A DNA stretch of 64,000 bases from Octopus vulgaris (GCA_951406725.2 OX597829.1:18972001-19036000), one strand, 5' to 3'. Numbered from the stretch's first letter, positions 1 to 13,985 are shown. The notes: generated by a model from the sequence alone, not told the origin. A program made the numbers and translations.

Positions 1-1321
1 CCAACATTAGCCCTGATTGAGCATACCCTATGATCAAAAGCATTCCAGTTACGACCATCCCAGTGATTTTTTTTATTGATTTATTTTTTGGCTTTATCCA
101 GAACTACATTTTCTAATGTGTTCTAACATTTTTTTTTTGTGTGTGTGTTTTGTCTTTTTTCCCTTATTTTCAAAGTGATAGGGTGAGGATTCTAAGACAT
201 TTATCCCCCCCCCCCGGACAATTACCTCTGAGGACAACAGATGACGATTCAAAACTTCTTAATATATTGAAGAGGGGGGTAATTAACCAAGAGGGGTAAT
301 TGTCCTAGGTGGTTAATTGTCCTGAGATATGAGGGAGATTTGGCTGTTGGGAGGTGGGAGAGGCAAGAGTGGGGAAAACATATATGTATATACACACACA
401 CACACATATGCACTTCACTGAGGAGTTGTGATAAAACTGAAACATGCTCAGAGTTGTCATCACATCGTCATATCTACCAATCATGAGAGCCATTCTCTAC
501 TACATGTTCTCACTTAATATTTTAATCCATTTAAGTTTCAGAGATGCCTTTCTTGAAAAGAATTACCATTAACATCAATGGGGAGTTTGTTTTGTTTTTT
601 TTTCCTTTACATTACAGATGTAATTTCAGTTGATTAAACAGTGATGTTTGTTTTTGTTTTGTTTTATTCTCACGTAACTTGCATGCTTAATTAATCAATT
701 ATTATTATCATGCTCGTAATACTTAGAGATGTGTTCTATTTCTCCCTGGAAATCCCATTTTTAACACTGAGTAAACCAGACCATTTTAAAACAAAATCTC
801 TTTGCTTCAAATACTTTCCAATGATGATAATGATATGGGAATTGGAATATGTGTGTGTTAAAGCTGATCTCATTAGTTAATAGTTCAAAAAACTTTTAGT
901 GACTCAACCAAATTTATGGAGCTCTCCACTCTGTCAAGTAGAAAAATATGCATTCTTTCATATTATTTAATCTTTATCGTTTTTTTTTCATTTAAAGTAT
1001 GGCTGTTTGCTAAAATGCTTGCTTTCCAATCACATGGTTTCAGGTTCAGTCCCATTGTGTGGCATCTTGGGCAAGTGTCTTCTACTATAGCCTTAAGCAA
1101 ACCAAAGCTTGTGAGTGGATTTGATAGACGGAAACTGAAAGAAGTTCATCATATATATATATCATCATCATAATCATCATCATCATTTAACGTCCGTTTT
1201 CCATGCTAGCATGGGTTGGACGGTTCAACTGGGGTCTGGGAAGCCAGAGGGCTGTGCCAGGCCCAGTCTGATCTGGCAGTGTTTCTACGGCTGGTTGCCC
1301 TTATATATATATATATATATA

Positions 1322-1454
1322 TATCATCGTCGTTTAACGTCCGTTCTCCATGCTAGCATGGGTTGGACAAAGGAAATCTGTTCCCGGCCGATGCACAGAT
1401 TTCCTTTGTCCAACCCATGCTAGCATGGAGAACGGACGTTAAACGACGATGATA
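1322..1454. repeat. Perfect 60-bp inverted repeat (13-nt loop) built from an RTE 3' terminus
   Basis: 1322-1381 is the exact reverse complement of 1395-1454. Confidence 0.9.
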
Positions 1455-2678
1455 CATACATACACACACACAGACACATATATATACATCGTTGTCATTA
1501 TGTTTAAGTGCTGTATGTCAAAATTTGGCAAAATGCGGTTTTTCCAACATTTATTTTTGCTTGTAATAGCTGGTTCTTTCGGTCAAACTATTTTATCTCC
1601 AGCTGCTTCAGATGCCAAAATATTAAATATTTTCAAAGACACTATTTCACGTTGCTCTGGTCCACTCAGCTGGCAAAAATGAGTAGTACCTGTATTTCAA
1701 GGGACCAGCCTTGTCCACACTCTGTGTCGCACTGAAGCTCCACATAAAAAAGCACTCAGCACACACTGTTGAGTGGTTGGTGTGATTGGTGTTAGGAAAG
1801 GGCACCCAGCTGTTGAACCCTTGTCAGAACAATGGAACTTGGTACTTCACCTGACCTTACCAACTCTGGTCAAACCTTCCAACCCATGCTGGTGTGGAAA
1901 ACAGATGTTAAATGACGACGACGACGACGACGACGATGATGATGATGGTGATGGTGATGGTGATGGCGATGGCGATGATGATGACGATGATGATGACATC
2001 ATCACTGCTGCTGCTGTAGTTGGATCCAACAGACATATGATCAAAGACAATCGACACTCGACAATGGTGTTGGTGTGTTTAATTCCTTGTAACTTAGTGG
2101 TTCAGCAAAAGAGATCTTTAGAATAAGTACCAGACTTAACAATAAATAAATAAATAAATAAATAGTACTGGAGCCAATTCACTTGACTAAAAATTCTTCA
2201 AAGTGGTATTTGCTCCAGCATGGCCACAGTCTAATGGCTGAAACAAGTAACATACAAAAGATAAAAGATACAACATTGCATTAAATTATCCGTACCCCCA
2301 ATAAAATAAAATAAATTTTAAAAAAAGAAGAAAAAAAAGAAGTTATCTGAATTGTAATTAGGGTTAAAAGTGCAAGAATTTTATTATGTGTCAGTTTCCT
2401 GTGAGATTTTCCATTCTCTAGCTTTGAAAGATTTTCTTACTCTTAACTTTTGAAGAAGATCTTGCCAAAAATGAAATATTAAACCAACTTGATTTCCAGT
2501 AAAAAAAAAAAATTGTTTTTTAATTAATCTGAGGAAATAAATTTTGTTTTATCTGATATTTTAAGTATTTTGTTGTTGCTATTGTTTTTGATTTTGTTTT
2601 TCTTCTTTTTTTTTGTCTTTTTTCATTTAGAAGTTTTATTTAAAATATTTTTATTCGTTTTTAATGTGTCTGTTTCAG

Positions 2679-2812
2679 AAAGCCATCAGAGAAAAGTGGA
2701 GGAAAAACCCAGAAATACTACAACTAAACATTCTTATCAGACGCCTCTTGATATAGACCCAAGTTTCATCAGCAGGATCAAACTAAAGAATCTTCTGGAA
2801 AACATGAAACAG
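2679..2812 (+). CDS. Internal coding exon of a C8orf48/DUF4606-like gene (SHQRKVEEKPRNTTTKHSYQTPLDIDPSFISRIKLKNLLENMKQ)
   Basis: T-rich tract and tgtttcag acceptor; CAG|gttact donor; only one open frame (phase 1 to 0). IDPSFISRIKLKNL resembles, from recall, human C8orf48 VPDELLNRIYFKNM. Joins in frame to the 15075 exon. Confidence 0.75.
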
Positions 2813-3046
2813 GTTACTGGAACTATTCTTGTTGTTATTTAAGCTGGAAGAATCATTAGTACCCCAGATAAACAGCTTTTATCTGTCTTTACGTTCTAAG
2901 TTCAAATTCCACCATGGGGTTGACTTTACCTTTTATCCTTTTGGGGTTAGTGAAATAAGTACTGTTTGAATACTGGGGTAAATGTAATTGATTTTTAAAC
3001 CCTCCCCCCGTACTCAAATTTCAGGCGTTGTGTCTCTAGTTGGCAG

Positions 3047-3054
3047 GATTATTA

Positions 3055-3104
<50 letters not shown>

Positions 3105-3132
3105 AATATTGTTGTTGTTGTTGTTGCTGTTA

Positions 3133-3191
<59 letters not shown>

Positions 3192-3242
3192 GTTATTATT
3201 GTTATTATTATTATTATTATTATTACTATTATTATGATTATG

Positions 3243-3290
<48 letters not shown>
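3047..3290. repeat. (ATT)n microsatellite (also 32700-32852 and 56255-56380)
   Basis: Direct trinucleotide repeat. Confidence 0.95.
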
Positions 3291-3291
<1 letters not shown>

Positions 3292-3690
3292 GAAAACTCA
3301 TAGCTTATTTTGCTGGGTATGACAGAAAGTATCAGCTGTCCACGGCCAGCAGACTAAGGTAATGCTTATTTTACTGGTCATGCTTCAAGAACTCTGCAAA
3401 GAATTCTTGCAGTTCCAAGCAATGCTGATTTTTGTAGGTGTTCTACCTTCACACTTGCACCGATCATTTTCAGCCATGCTGGCTAGTAGTTGAGTGCTGA
3501 TACTTCCAAGTGCACCAATTACTATTGCTGTCACGCCTACTCTCTTCATGAACCACAACCTTCGTATTTCCCACATTAAATCGTCATGCTTATTTATTTT
3601 TTCTTCTTCTTTCACATTGATCCTGTTGTCCCTGAGACATGCTATGCCGATTATCATACATGTTCTTGCTTGTCAAGAATAATAATCGTA
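3292..3690 (-). mobile_element. 3' fragment of an R4/Dong-like restriction-like-endonuclease non-LTR element with (TAA)n tail
   Basis: IIGIACLRDNRINVKEEEKINKHDDLMWEIRRLW..VTAIVIGALGSI is the typical RLE C-terminus; the 3' end runs into the TAA array at 3047-3290. Confidence 0.75.
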
Positions 3691-4919
3691 CTATGTCGAT
3701 TATTATTATGTTGTTGTTGTTGTTGTTACTATGGTATCAACTAACTTCCTCACATCTAAAATTCTTGACCTTGTACTTAAATTGAAAACAATTTTTATTA
3801 TTATTGTTTTGGCTGTTGCTGTTGTTGTTATTGTTGTTGCTGTTGCTGTTATTGTTGTTGTTGTCATTGTTGTTGTTGTCATTGTTGTTCTTGTTATCAT
3901 TATTAAAAGATAGCAAAGAACAGTGATGATGTCAGACAAAAACTTGTGACACTTTACATTCTGGGTTCAAATTCCACTGAGGTTGATTTTGCCTTTCATC
4001 TTTTCAAGGTCGGTAAAATAAATACCATTTGATCACTGGGGTTGATTTAATTGACTGCCCCCCTCCCCCAAAATTTCAGGCCTTGTGCCTATAGTAGAAA
4101 GGATTATTATTCTATAACTGTTCAATATTTGGTAGATTGAAGCAAATCTCTACTGCATCACTTGCTCCATCTCTGTGTTGCTGGGGTGTGTACAGATTTG
4201 CGTGTTCTTCCTTGCTGTTGAGCATGTGTGAACTCTTCCTGGTACTGTATTGTGTTTCTTATTTCCCTTGAGGTGTGGTACTGTCTTTTGTTGTGTTACT
4301 GCTTGTATTGTGTGTTGAGTATGTAATGCTTTGGTTTTCTAGCCTGCTGGTGGGAGTTTATTTCACTGAGTAAATGCTGTATAGAGTCTGTCTTGCATTT
4401 GTGGATTGTTTTGTTTAGGTTGTATTGTTGTATCAACAGTGTCTTGCATAGGATGTGGGCTGTTCCTAGCATTTGATTGTAAGATATTTTATTAGTTGAA
4501 CAATATTTCAACAGTACGTCTGTCTTTGTCAAGTTCAAAATAACAAGTGATAAAAATTCAAAATTATAGAAATTTAAACATAAAGTATGAATGAGAGCAA
4601 CTAGTGTCCACATGTTGATGGAATGATATCATCAGTTTTTCAATTACAATTTTATAACAGGTGAGAAAAAAAGACAGAAAAAACAGAAAAAAGAAGACAG
4701 ATAAAAAGGAAAGAAAAAGAAAGAATATTTAATCAAGCAGTTTTGTATGAATTTGATGATATTCTCCTGTCATCTTATTCATTCCTCCAGGGCGTGATGT
4801 TAATAACCTGCAAACATATTTCTCCTCTTACATTCTGAGAAGTGAAAGTGAAGCAGATTCAGAATATTTTCTGAGAATATGCACTTTCAAGACTTCTTGC
4901 AGCCGCTTGAAACGAAATG

Positions 4920-5790
4920 TTAAGCAAGTTCTGTAGAACTACTGTTATTGTACCTGACATCGAATCTGTGCCCATTAAACCTTTTGTTTAATTGTTCTGT
5001 TGTGCAACCAACATAAATTAAGTTGTGCTTTGTGCATTCTGCAGTGTACACCAAATGGGAATCTTTACATGTTCCACCTTCTGTATAAATCATAACATTT
5101 CTGTTAGGATTTCTGATGGAATTCACTTCACTCATGTTGTTGTACAATGAACAGGACTTACTTCTCTTGCAGCTGTTCTTTAAGGTACAGTGTGCAGATA
5201 CTCCAATGTTCATTTTCTTGGAGTCAGACATAGAGGTCAATAATTCTCTTATATTCTTATTCCATCTAAAGGCTACAATAGGCAGCTGAAGAAATATATG
5301 TTTGAAATGAGGATATTTTTCACCACATGCTGGTAACTTTCATGCAACACTTTTGAAATGCCAGTGAAATTTTGGTGCCAGCTAATCACTAAAGGAATTC
5401 TGTCATCTATTGTATTGTGTTTGCTAAAATTATGCATGTAGGTTTGTCTATCTTTGCTAATCTTAGCTATTTCATTTAATATACATCCTTTAATCAGGAT
5501 TCACTGCAACCACATTTGACATAATTATATTCAAAAGCACTTGCATGTTTCCAGTAATCCCCTATGTCAGTACAAATCCATTTTATTCTTAAAAATTGGG
5601 ATTTCAGATTTGACTGAATAAGATGATGTGGATGATCGGAGCGGCGGTGGAGATAAATGTGGGATGACGTGGGCTTGCAAAATATCTCTGTCACTATTCT
5701 GTCTCTAGAAAACTTGACTTTTGTGTCCAAAAATTCAACGCTAGTTTTTGAAAAACTAGATGTAAATTTTATGTTGGACTTAAAGCCATA
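4920..5790 (-). pseudogene. Disrupted PLE RT-thumb and GIY-YIG endonuclease ORF
   Basis: ORF pieces 5494-5730 and 4920-5240 separated by stops and frameshifts. Confidence 0.85.
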
Positions 5791-6043
5791 GTTTCTTGCA
5801 TAACAGTCACAAAAATTTATGCAAAACTGTTTGATTAAATATTCTTCTTTCTCTCTTTTTCTTTCCTTTTTTATCTGTCGTCTTCTTTGTTCTGTTTTTT
5901 TTTCTGTCTTTTTCTTTTTGCCTGTTATAAAATTGTAACTTAAAAACTGTTGATGTCATTCCATCAACGTGTGGACACTGGTTGCTCTCATTCATACTTT
6001 ACATTTAAATTTCTATAATTTAGAATTTTTATCACTTGTTATT

Positions 6044-6086
6044 TTGAACTTGACAAAGACAGACTTACTGTTGAAATATCGTTCAA
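6044..6086 (+). ncRNA. Degenerate hammerhead relic in the PLE pseudo-LTR (second copy on the minus strand near 4495-4540)
   Basis: TTGAAC-TTGACAA-A-GACAG(actta)CTGTT-GAAA-TA-TC-GTTCAA. Stems I and II are intact; the core deviates from CTGANGA by changes compatible with C>T/CpG decay. Confidence 0.5.
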
Positions 6087-7648
6087 CTAATAAAATATTT
6101 TACAATCGAATCACGTTCTTCGTCTTGACTATTATTATTATTATTGTTATTAAGGCTGCAAACTGGCAGAATCATTAAGCATGACAGGCAAAATGTTTAG
6201 TGGTATTTTGTCCATCCTTATGTTCTGAGTTCAAATTCTGCTGAGGTTGGTTTTGTCTTTTATCCTTTCAGAGTCGATAAATTAAGTACCAGTGAAACAC
6301 CGGGGTCGATGTAATCAACTGGTCTTCCTTCCCACCAAAATTTCAGGGCTTGTGCCTATAGTAGAAAGGATTGTTATTATTATTATTATTTGTTGTTGTT
6401 TGCAGCAAGCCTGTAACCACAGAGGTCTTTATAATGGTCATGATGATGATAATGATGATGATGATGATCATCATCATCATCATCATCATTGTCTCTTTTG
6501 TTGTAATCAACTTCATCATTATTCATTTGTCATCATATTACTTATTCCCAATCCTTACCATCATTCTCATCATCATTTTAATTCTCATCATCACTTTAAA
6601 GTAGTTTTGTTGTAGGTATCATCATCATCACCATCATCATCACCATCATCATTATCATCATCATCATCATCATCTCTATCGTCATCATCATCATCATCAT
6701 CGTCATCATCTTCATCATTATCATCCTCATCCCCATCATCATCATCCTCATCCTCATCATCATCATCATTATTTAATGTCCAATTGTCCATGCTGGCATG
6801 GGTTGGATGGTTGAACCAGAGCTGGTTGGAAGGCTGCACCAGATCCGTTGTTTTTTTTGCATCTCTTCTGATAGCAATACTTTGGTTGGATGAAACTTGT
6901 TGAAACAGCCTTCTTCGATTGGATTATCCTTTCTGGTACCAACCCTTACTTGTTCCCAAGTAAAGTACTTATTCTGTTGGTCTTCTGCATGATGTAAACA
7001 ATGGCTCTGTGCTATAACAATGACCAGTTTATGCTTTAAGTACTTAAACAGAATACATGTGAGCAGGCTCAAACACACTCACACACACACACACACACAC
7101 ATGTATACAATGTATACACACACAACACATGTCTTAAATTTAGGATCATATATTCTCTTCTTTCTCTTACTGCACTTAATCTTTTTTCTTCTCTTTGATA
7201 AAGGGCATCACCTGAAATTTTTGATTCCTTTCTGTGTTTTGTTTTGGTGTATTTATCATCATTGCACACTTCTTTGATTGTTTTTGTTCTTGCTTTAGAT
7301 TTCTATACTTTTTCAGTCACATGTTTTCAATTGTTTCACAATCAAAGCTAGTAATATCACTAAGAGAGTCCATCTGAAACGGGATAATTTGAGTGGAGTG
7401 AAATATGTAATTACTGAGTACTGGAAGCACAAGTTCTGTTGGGTCAGACATGTGAGATTTACAGACAACAGGCTGACCTGTGCTGTTGCTGAGTGACATC
7501 GAAGGGTTTGAGAAGGGCCACATGGAAGGCTTGCAGACAATTTGGTCCAACAATTTGAGTCAAAATGGAAAAGAATGGAGCAATCAAGACAAAACTGGAA
7601 ATGTATTGTAACCAGTGGTGTATAACAGCATCTGATGGTCTGATTGAG

Positions 7649-7679
<31 letters not shown>

Positions 7680-7982
7680 CACAGCAGACTTCTTTCTCAA
7701 ATCCACTCACACAGCTTTGGTTAGCCTAACGTTATTGGAGAAGGAACTCACCCGAGGTGCCACACAGTGAGACTGAACCTGGATCCATGTTGTTGAGAAG
7801 CAAAGTTCTTACCATACAATCGTAACAGTTGAACATGAGGACAAAAATAAGATAAAACATATATTTTTTCTCATCCAGCTGTAGAAACACTGCCAGATCA
7901 GACTGGGCCTGGCGGTGCCTTCTGGCTTCCCAGACCCCAGTTGAACTGTCCAACCCATGCTAGCATGGAAAACAGACGTTAA

Positions 7983-8013
<31 letters not shown>

Positions 8014-9536
8014 CAAATCAAATAACATAATCCCTATTTTATGACAGTTAGAGAACTTTCACTCGTGGTTATCTGGAAATTATTTCTGTAGTTCAAGAGG
8101 AATTAAAAGAGAAATGTTTTTCACATGAATATTTTCACTTGCTAGGGATTTCTTTTAACCCTTTCAGTTCCATCCTGTTCAAGACCAAATATTACAGAAG
8201 GTATAAAATATCTCATTTTAAATTTCTCATATTCAAATAAAAACAAACAAATAAACAAATAAACAAAAAAAAAAACTCTCAAAACAAATTTATATTATAA
8301 TTTTGTGTAAGAATCTAATGTTAAGTTATATTTCCTAACAGATAATTTTATCATCACAACATTAGCTATTTTGTTAAATTTCTCCACATTGTTGATTATT
8401 TTCAAAATTAATCGAAGCATACTGACAATGTATTTTAAAGTCTCTTGTATAGCTTCTCACTTCATTGGATGGAAAAAAAAAGAAACAAAAAAAAACTTGT
8501 AGATAATCAAAAGAGAAATGTTTTTCAAAAACATAGTTTAAGGCAATAAAACTATTCAGGAGAATGAAATTTATGAACTTGCTGTAAATTAAGAATTCCA
8601 TCACATTAAACTTTGACATAAGCAAAACAAGGAAGAAGCCTCTACATGGCTGCTCATTCCGCTAAAAATAACAGCCGAATCTCTCTCAAGTCATGCGTTT
8701 CCAGAAAGAACAAGAACACACTGGATAATATGTAGTCCTAGATATAATGTATCTGAGTTAAAGCTGGAACAAGCAAAGCTGTAAAATATCTTTGATTATA
8801 GGTGTGTCTGCAGGATCAAAAGTGATTTCAGGATTAAGTAACAAGTTCACACATATTTTTAAGCCCAGTGTGGGTCACTTTTTTTTCTGAGAAGTGTGTT
8901 GCATGTGAAGTAAAGGAAAAGTTTTCTTCTTGAGTCAAACTGACTCAAAAGAGCCAGTTTCCTGGTTTCTGTGGCGTATATATTCCCTCACCCCTGGACA
9001 GGACGCCAGTCCATTGCAGAATTACTCATTTTTGCCAGCTGAGTGGACTGGAGCAACATGAAATGGAGTGTTTTGTTCAAGAATACAATGCACCACCCGG
9101 TCTAGGCATTGAAACCCCAATCTTACGATCATGAGTCCAACACCCTAACCACAAAGCCGCATACCTCCACAGTGAGCTGCATGAGACATGGCTCATCAAC
9201 AGACAAGCCACACTACTGGAAAAAAAGGTATTTTTTTTTGTTGGGCATGCAATTCAGAAAGTTTCCTGGACTGGTTGTGGCCCATGGACCACTTGCAGCC
9301 CATGGACCACTTACAGCCCATGAGCCAAATGTTGTCTGTGCCTGGTTTAACCCTTTAGAATTTAAACCAGCCATATCTGGTCCAAAACTTCTACCTGTCT
9401 TGTGTTCAAAACAGCTAGATTTGGCCTCTCATGCTTAGCCAACAATGTCATTTCAAAATTAAGTAATGTGCAAAATAATAAATAAAACGTATATATTTGG
9501 TAAAATGACTACACGTGATAAAAGGTGTTTTTTCTA

Positions 9537-9579
<43 letters not shown>

Positions 9580-9708
9580 TATATATATTTCACAAAATAT
9601 AATATAACATATATATATATTATATTTTGTGAAATTTGATTTAGTATTTCTAAACTTAATTTTTCCCTGTAAGTTTGGAATAATATTCCCTAATATTATT
9701 ATTATATT

Positions 9709-9745
<37 letters not shown>

Positions 9746-10519
9746 TTATATATATATATATATATATATTTAGATAGACAGATGGACTGACTAACGTCTT
9801 TCAGTTTCTGTTTACCAAATCTACTTGCAAGGTTTTTGTCCTGCCCAAGGTTAGCGTAGAAGACACTTGCCCAAGGTGTCATGCAGCAGGACTGAACCTG
9901 GAACCTTGTGGCTGGGAAGTGAACTTCTTATCACACAGCCATGTCTGCACGTATCTTTTCTAAGGCAGTAGATTATAATTTTAAAGGAGATTTGACTGCT
10001 ATTTTTTTACAGTTTCAGAAACTACATAGATACCCTTACTCTTTCAGAAAGAGGATACTTACTCAATGGTGGATAAGAGAGTGAAGTCGGTTTAAACTAT
10101 TCAAATGCATGAAGTTTAATTTTCGTTCTACAATCAGTTTAATTAGTCCATTTAACCCAATAATGCATAAAGTTTAATCTTCACTCTACAATTAACTGCA
10201 ATTAATTAACAATAAAACTAAAACTAAACAATATGGATGAGATAGTCATAAATGATTGATTATTTTATAGTTTGGATTTATGGAAAGTTAATTGCTGGTT
10301 TAGGTTTTCTGTGTCTCTTGATTACTGCAGATGCAATATTCCACGTGAAGGGCATGGCAGTTATCTTGATTTTGTAAAGGTCAGCGACTGGTCAAGTCTG
10401 TAGCATTATTTCTTTTTCTTTCTTTTCTTGGTTTCAAAAGAATGGTTTAGGTTTGTTCAGGATTTTAGCAGAATACAAGATTGCACTTGTTTGCAGGTCA
10501 ACAATGTGAGCCTCAGTTC

Positions 10520-10700
10520 CAGTTTCATTCAGTTTTTTTTTTTTTTTTGTTGGTAGCATTTTTGGTTTCGTGCCAAGTGCACCAATAACCACAGGAATAA
10601 TTGTTGTCTAAGCCTTTCATACCCTTTTCATCTCTCTAGCTCTGCTCTGATATTTCTCAATTTTCGAAACTTTTTTGGTATCCACCCTATCCATAATCTT
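10520..10700 (-). mobile_element. Second decayed RLE-type non-LTR fragment
   Basis: Minus-strand translation KIEKYQ...TTIIPVVIGALG with stops. Confidence 0.55.
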
Positions 10701-10920
10701 CATCCATCATCATCATCATTATCATCATCATTGTTTAACATCCGCTTTCCATTTAGAATAAGTACTAGGTTTAAGAAAAAAAATGATACTGGATTTGATT
10801 CTTTCAACTAAAATTCTTCAAAGTGGTGCCCCAGCATGGCCACAATCTAATGACTGAAACAAGTAAAAAAAAAATTGAAGATAAAAAATAACCATCAGAG
10901 TAACTTGGGTCTTATGACAT

Positions 10921-11750
10921 ATGAAACAAGGGTTAAAGAATGATATGAAATAGGGGTTAAAGATAGTAAGAAACATGGGTAAAAGAATGATAGCAAACAA
11001 GGGTTAAAGAATGGTAGGAAACAAGGATTAAAGAATGATAGGAAACAAGGGCTAAAGAATGGTAGGAAACAAGGGTTAAAGAATGATGAGAAACAAGGGT
11101 TAAAGAATGATATGAAACAAGGGTTAAAGAATGGTAGGAAACAAGGGTTAAAGAATGGTAGGAAATAAGGGTTAAAGAATGGTAGGAAACAAGTGTTAAA
11201 GAATGGTAGGAAACAAGGGTTAAAGAATGGTGAGAAACAAGGGTTAAAGAATGGTGAGAAACAAGGGTTAAAGAATGGTAGGAAACAAGTGTTAAAGAAT
11301 GGTAGGAAACAAGGGTTAAAGAATGGTGAGAAACAAGGGTTAAAGAATGATGAGAAACAAGGGTTAGAGAATGATGAGAAACAAGGGTTAAAGAATGGTA
11401 GAAAACAAGTGTTAAAGAATGGTAGGAAACAAGTGTTAAAGAATGGTAGGAAACAAGGGTTAAAGAATGATGAGAAACAAAGGTTAAAGAATGATATGAA
11501 ACAAGGGTTAAAGAATGGTAGGAAACAAGGGTTAAAGAATGATAGCAAACAAGGGTTAAAGAATGATATGAAACAAGGGTTAAAGAATGGTAGGAAACAA
11601 GAGTTAAAGAATGGTGAGAAACAAAGGTTAAAGAATGATAGGAAACAAGGGTTAAAGAAAGGTAGGAAACAAGGATTAAAGAATGATATGAAACAAGGGT
11701 TAAAGAATGGTGAGAAACAAGGGTTAAAGAATGGTAGGAAACAAGGGTTA
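10921..11750. repeat. 24-bp minisatellite (gaaacaagggttaaagaatggtag and variants), roughly 34 units
   Basis: Direct tandem repeat; it explains ORFs 10895-11779 (-) and 11193-11783 (+). Confidence 0.95.
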
Positions 11751-12609
11751 ACTAATACTCTGCTAACAAGAATAGACATTTAGGACAAACTGAAATGCTT
11801 TGGAGAGGCTTTGGTTTAACAGTTGAGTCACGATTACTTGTGGTATTTATTTCATGTGTGCTTTATCAGTGTTGATTTTTGAAGTTTGAGTTTCGTGTTT
11901 TTTGGCATTGATAAAAGTTCAGTGATTAATCTTCTTCTGGTTCAATGTTTTGAGTGGAATTTCTTCAAAAAGACGATGAAGCTGAAAAGTTCTGGGAATG
12001 TTAACGGACTTTTAGGAATGTAGTTGCTGCAAAAGTAAAACGCAAAGAATTGATAATTAAATATCAGAGATAAATAATAATGATGACATCGACGATGACA
12101 CGGTGGTGGTGGTGGTAAGGATGATGATGACGATGGTGATGATGATGAGCATGATGATGATCATCATCATCATGGTCATGATGGTGATGATGACAATCAT
12201 GATGGTGGTGATGATGACGATGATGATGATCATCATGATGATTGAACTTAAACAAACATAGTTATGCCTTTGGTGTAGCATATTTGAAAGCAAAGCTATT
12301 CACTATACATACATGCATGCATGAATACATGTATATGTGTATACATATATACATACACACACACACACACATGCACATACACATTTTATGGATCTAACAA
12401 GAAAAAGAAATTTTTGTGATTTTATTATTAATTCAAATTTTCATTTGTATCCATGCACACGCATGCACATGCTTACACACATACACACACACACATACAC
12501 ATGCACACATTTAAAGTTATTTCATATAATAATAAAGTACACATTTCTAAATGTTTTGTCCATAATATTTTGTACTTAAGAGCATTATTATTCATTATAT
12601 TAGAAACAA

Positions 12610-13130
12610 TCACCACCATCATCATCATCATCATCACCACCACTACGGCCGCCGCCGCCGCCGCCGCCACTGTTCTCACCATCACCACCACCACCATCAT
12701 CGTCATCATTTTCATAATCATTGTCATCGTCATCATCATTTCTATCACCATCATCATCATCATTGTCTTCATCGTCGTCGTCATCATCATTACCATCAGT
12801 ATCGTTGTCAGCATCACCATCATCCTCACCACCACCAGCACCATCATCATCACCATCATCATCATCACCACCACCACCATCATCATCACCATCATCACCA
12901 TCATCCTCAACATCATCATCATCAACCACCATCATCACCATCATCATCACCATCATCATCACCACCACCACCACCACCACCACCATCATCATCACTCACT
13001 CCATCATGATTGTCGGCATCATCATCATCACCATCATCATCATTGTCATCACCACTGTTGTTGCCGCTGCAACCAACACCATCATCATCATCGTCGTCAT
13101 CGCCATCATCATCATCATCACCATCAGGAT
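12610..13130. repeat. (CAT/CAC)n compound microsatellite (similar fields at 6437-6770, 12077-12240, 17570-17853, 36330-36740, 39260-39440)
   Basis: Direct trinucleotide repeats. Confidence 0.95.
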
Positions 13131-13361
13131 GATGAGCTGGCAGGATCATTACCGTGCCAGACAAAATGTTTAGAGGAATTTCTCATGACTTTATTGTTCT
13201 GTGTTCAAATCCTATCACAGTAAATCCTGCTTTTTCATCTTTTCGGGGTCACGTACAGGGGTAATTGTAATCAACTTTTCCTACCTCTGAAAAACCACTG
13301 GCCCAGTACCAAAATTTGAAACCACCACCACCACCACCACCACCACCACCACCACCATCAC

Positions 13362-13401
<40 letters not shown>

Positions 13402-13955
13402 GAGTGAGGGAGCAGTGCATGCCATCAAAGTGACACTGGGGTAAAATACACGAAACCCAATATACTCATCATGACTACCCGTCTGATAAGGGTACACCAG
13501 GTACATGCATCACAACCATGTGTGCCTGACAAGGTGATCTCATATCAAAATAAACACCACATCACCTTGCAAGTGAGGCCCAGTTAGAATTTTCTTCAGG
13601 TTGAGTAGCCCATCCCACTCAAAAGGTCGCTGAATAAGGGTTGTATAAGGATGTTGAACAAACCACCCATGTTTCTAAAGGTGAATTATCCAAACCTCTA
13701 AGAATCCCTCTCAGCACATGGCCATGATGCTCCCCAACTACTTCTTCTCATGATCAGAGATGCACATATCATCAGCCACCAAGGGACATGCTCAACTGGT
13801 TAAGGTCAAACAAGTGACAAGCAAATCTGTGGTATTGAGCAGAATATTTGCTGTAGCCCATCTTTTATACCAAGACAAAACAATGTACATGATAGCACTT
13901 CCAATCAGTTAAGATCAGAAGCCATGAGAACCACTGCCTGGTACTGCATCCGGGC
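13402..13955 (+). repeat. Dispersed ~550-bp unclassified repeat with a TTA-type tail
   Basis: Second copy in reverse orientation at about 32856-33340, also abutting a TAA array. Confidence 0.75.
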
Positions 13956-13985
13956 AATTATTATTATTGTTGTTGTTATTGTTAT

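Larger units (their letters stand above)
4470..6112 (-). mobile_element. Decayed Penelope-like retroelement (PLE), 5'-truncated, with inverted pseudo-LTR
   Basis: Minus-strand fragments: RT end/thumb (FLDTKV..FCKPTSSHIYLHRRSDHP..SQFLRIKWICT) and GIY-YIG (LVYTAECTKHNLIYVGCTTEQLNKRFNGHR). 4470-4760 is an inverted copy of about 5806-6112. Confidence 0.9.

Noticed and set aside
205-345. ggacaattacc / ggtaattgtcc inverted motifs
   Set aside because: Probably a decayed MITE remnant, but ends and TSD cannot be defined.
10895-11783. 294-aa and 196-aa repetitive ORFs, or a CRISPR-like array
   Set aside because: Head-to-tail 24-bp minisatellite with no unique spacers and no cas genes, in a eukaryotic context.
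12453-13223. His/Ile/Thr-rich ORFs
   Set aside because: CAT/CAC microsatellite artefacts.
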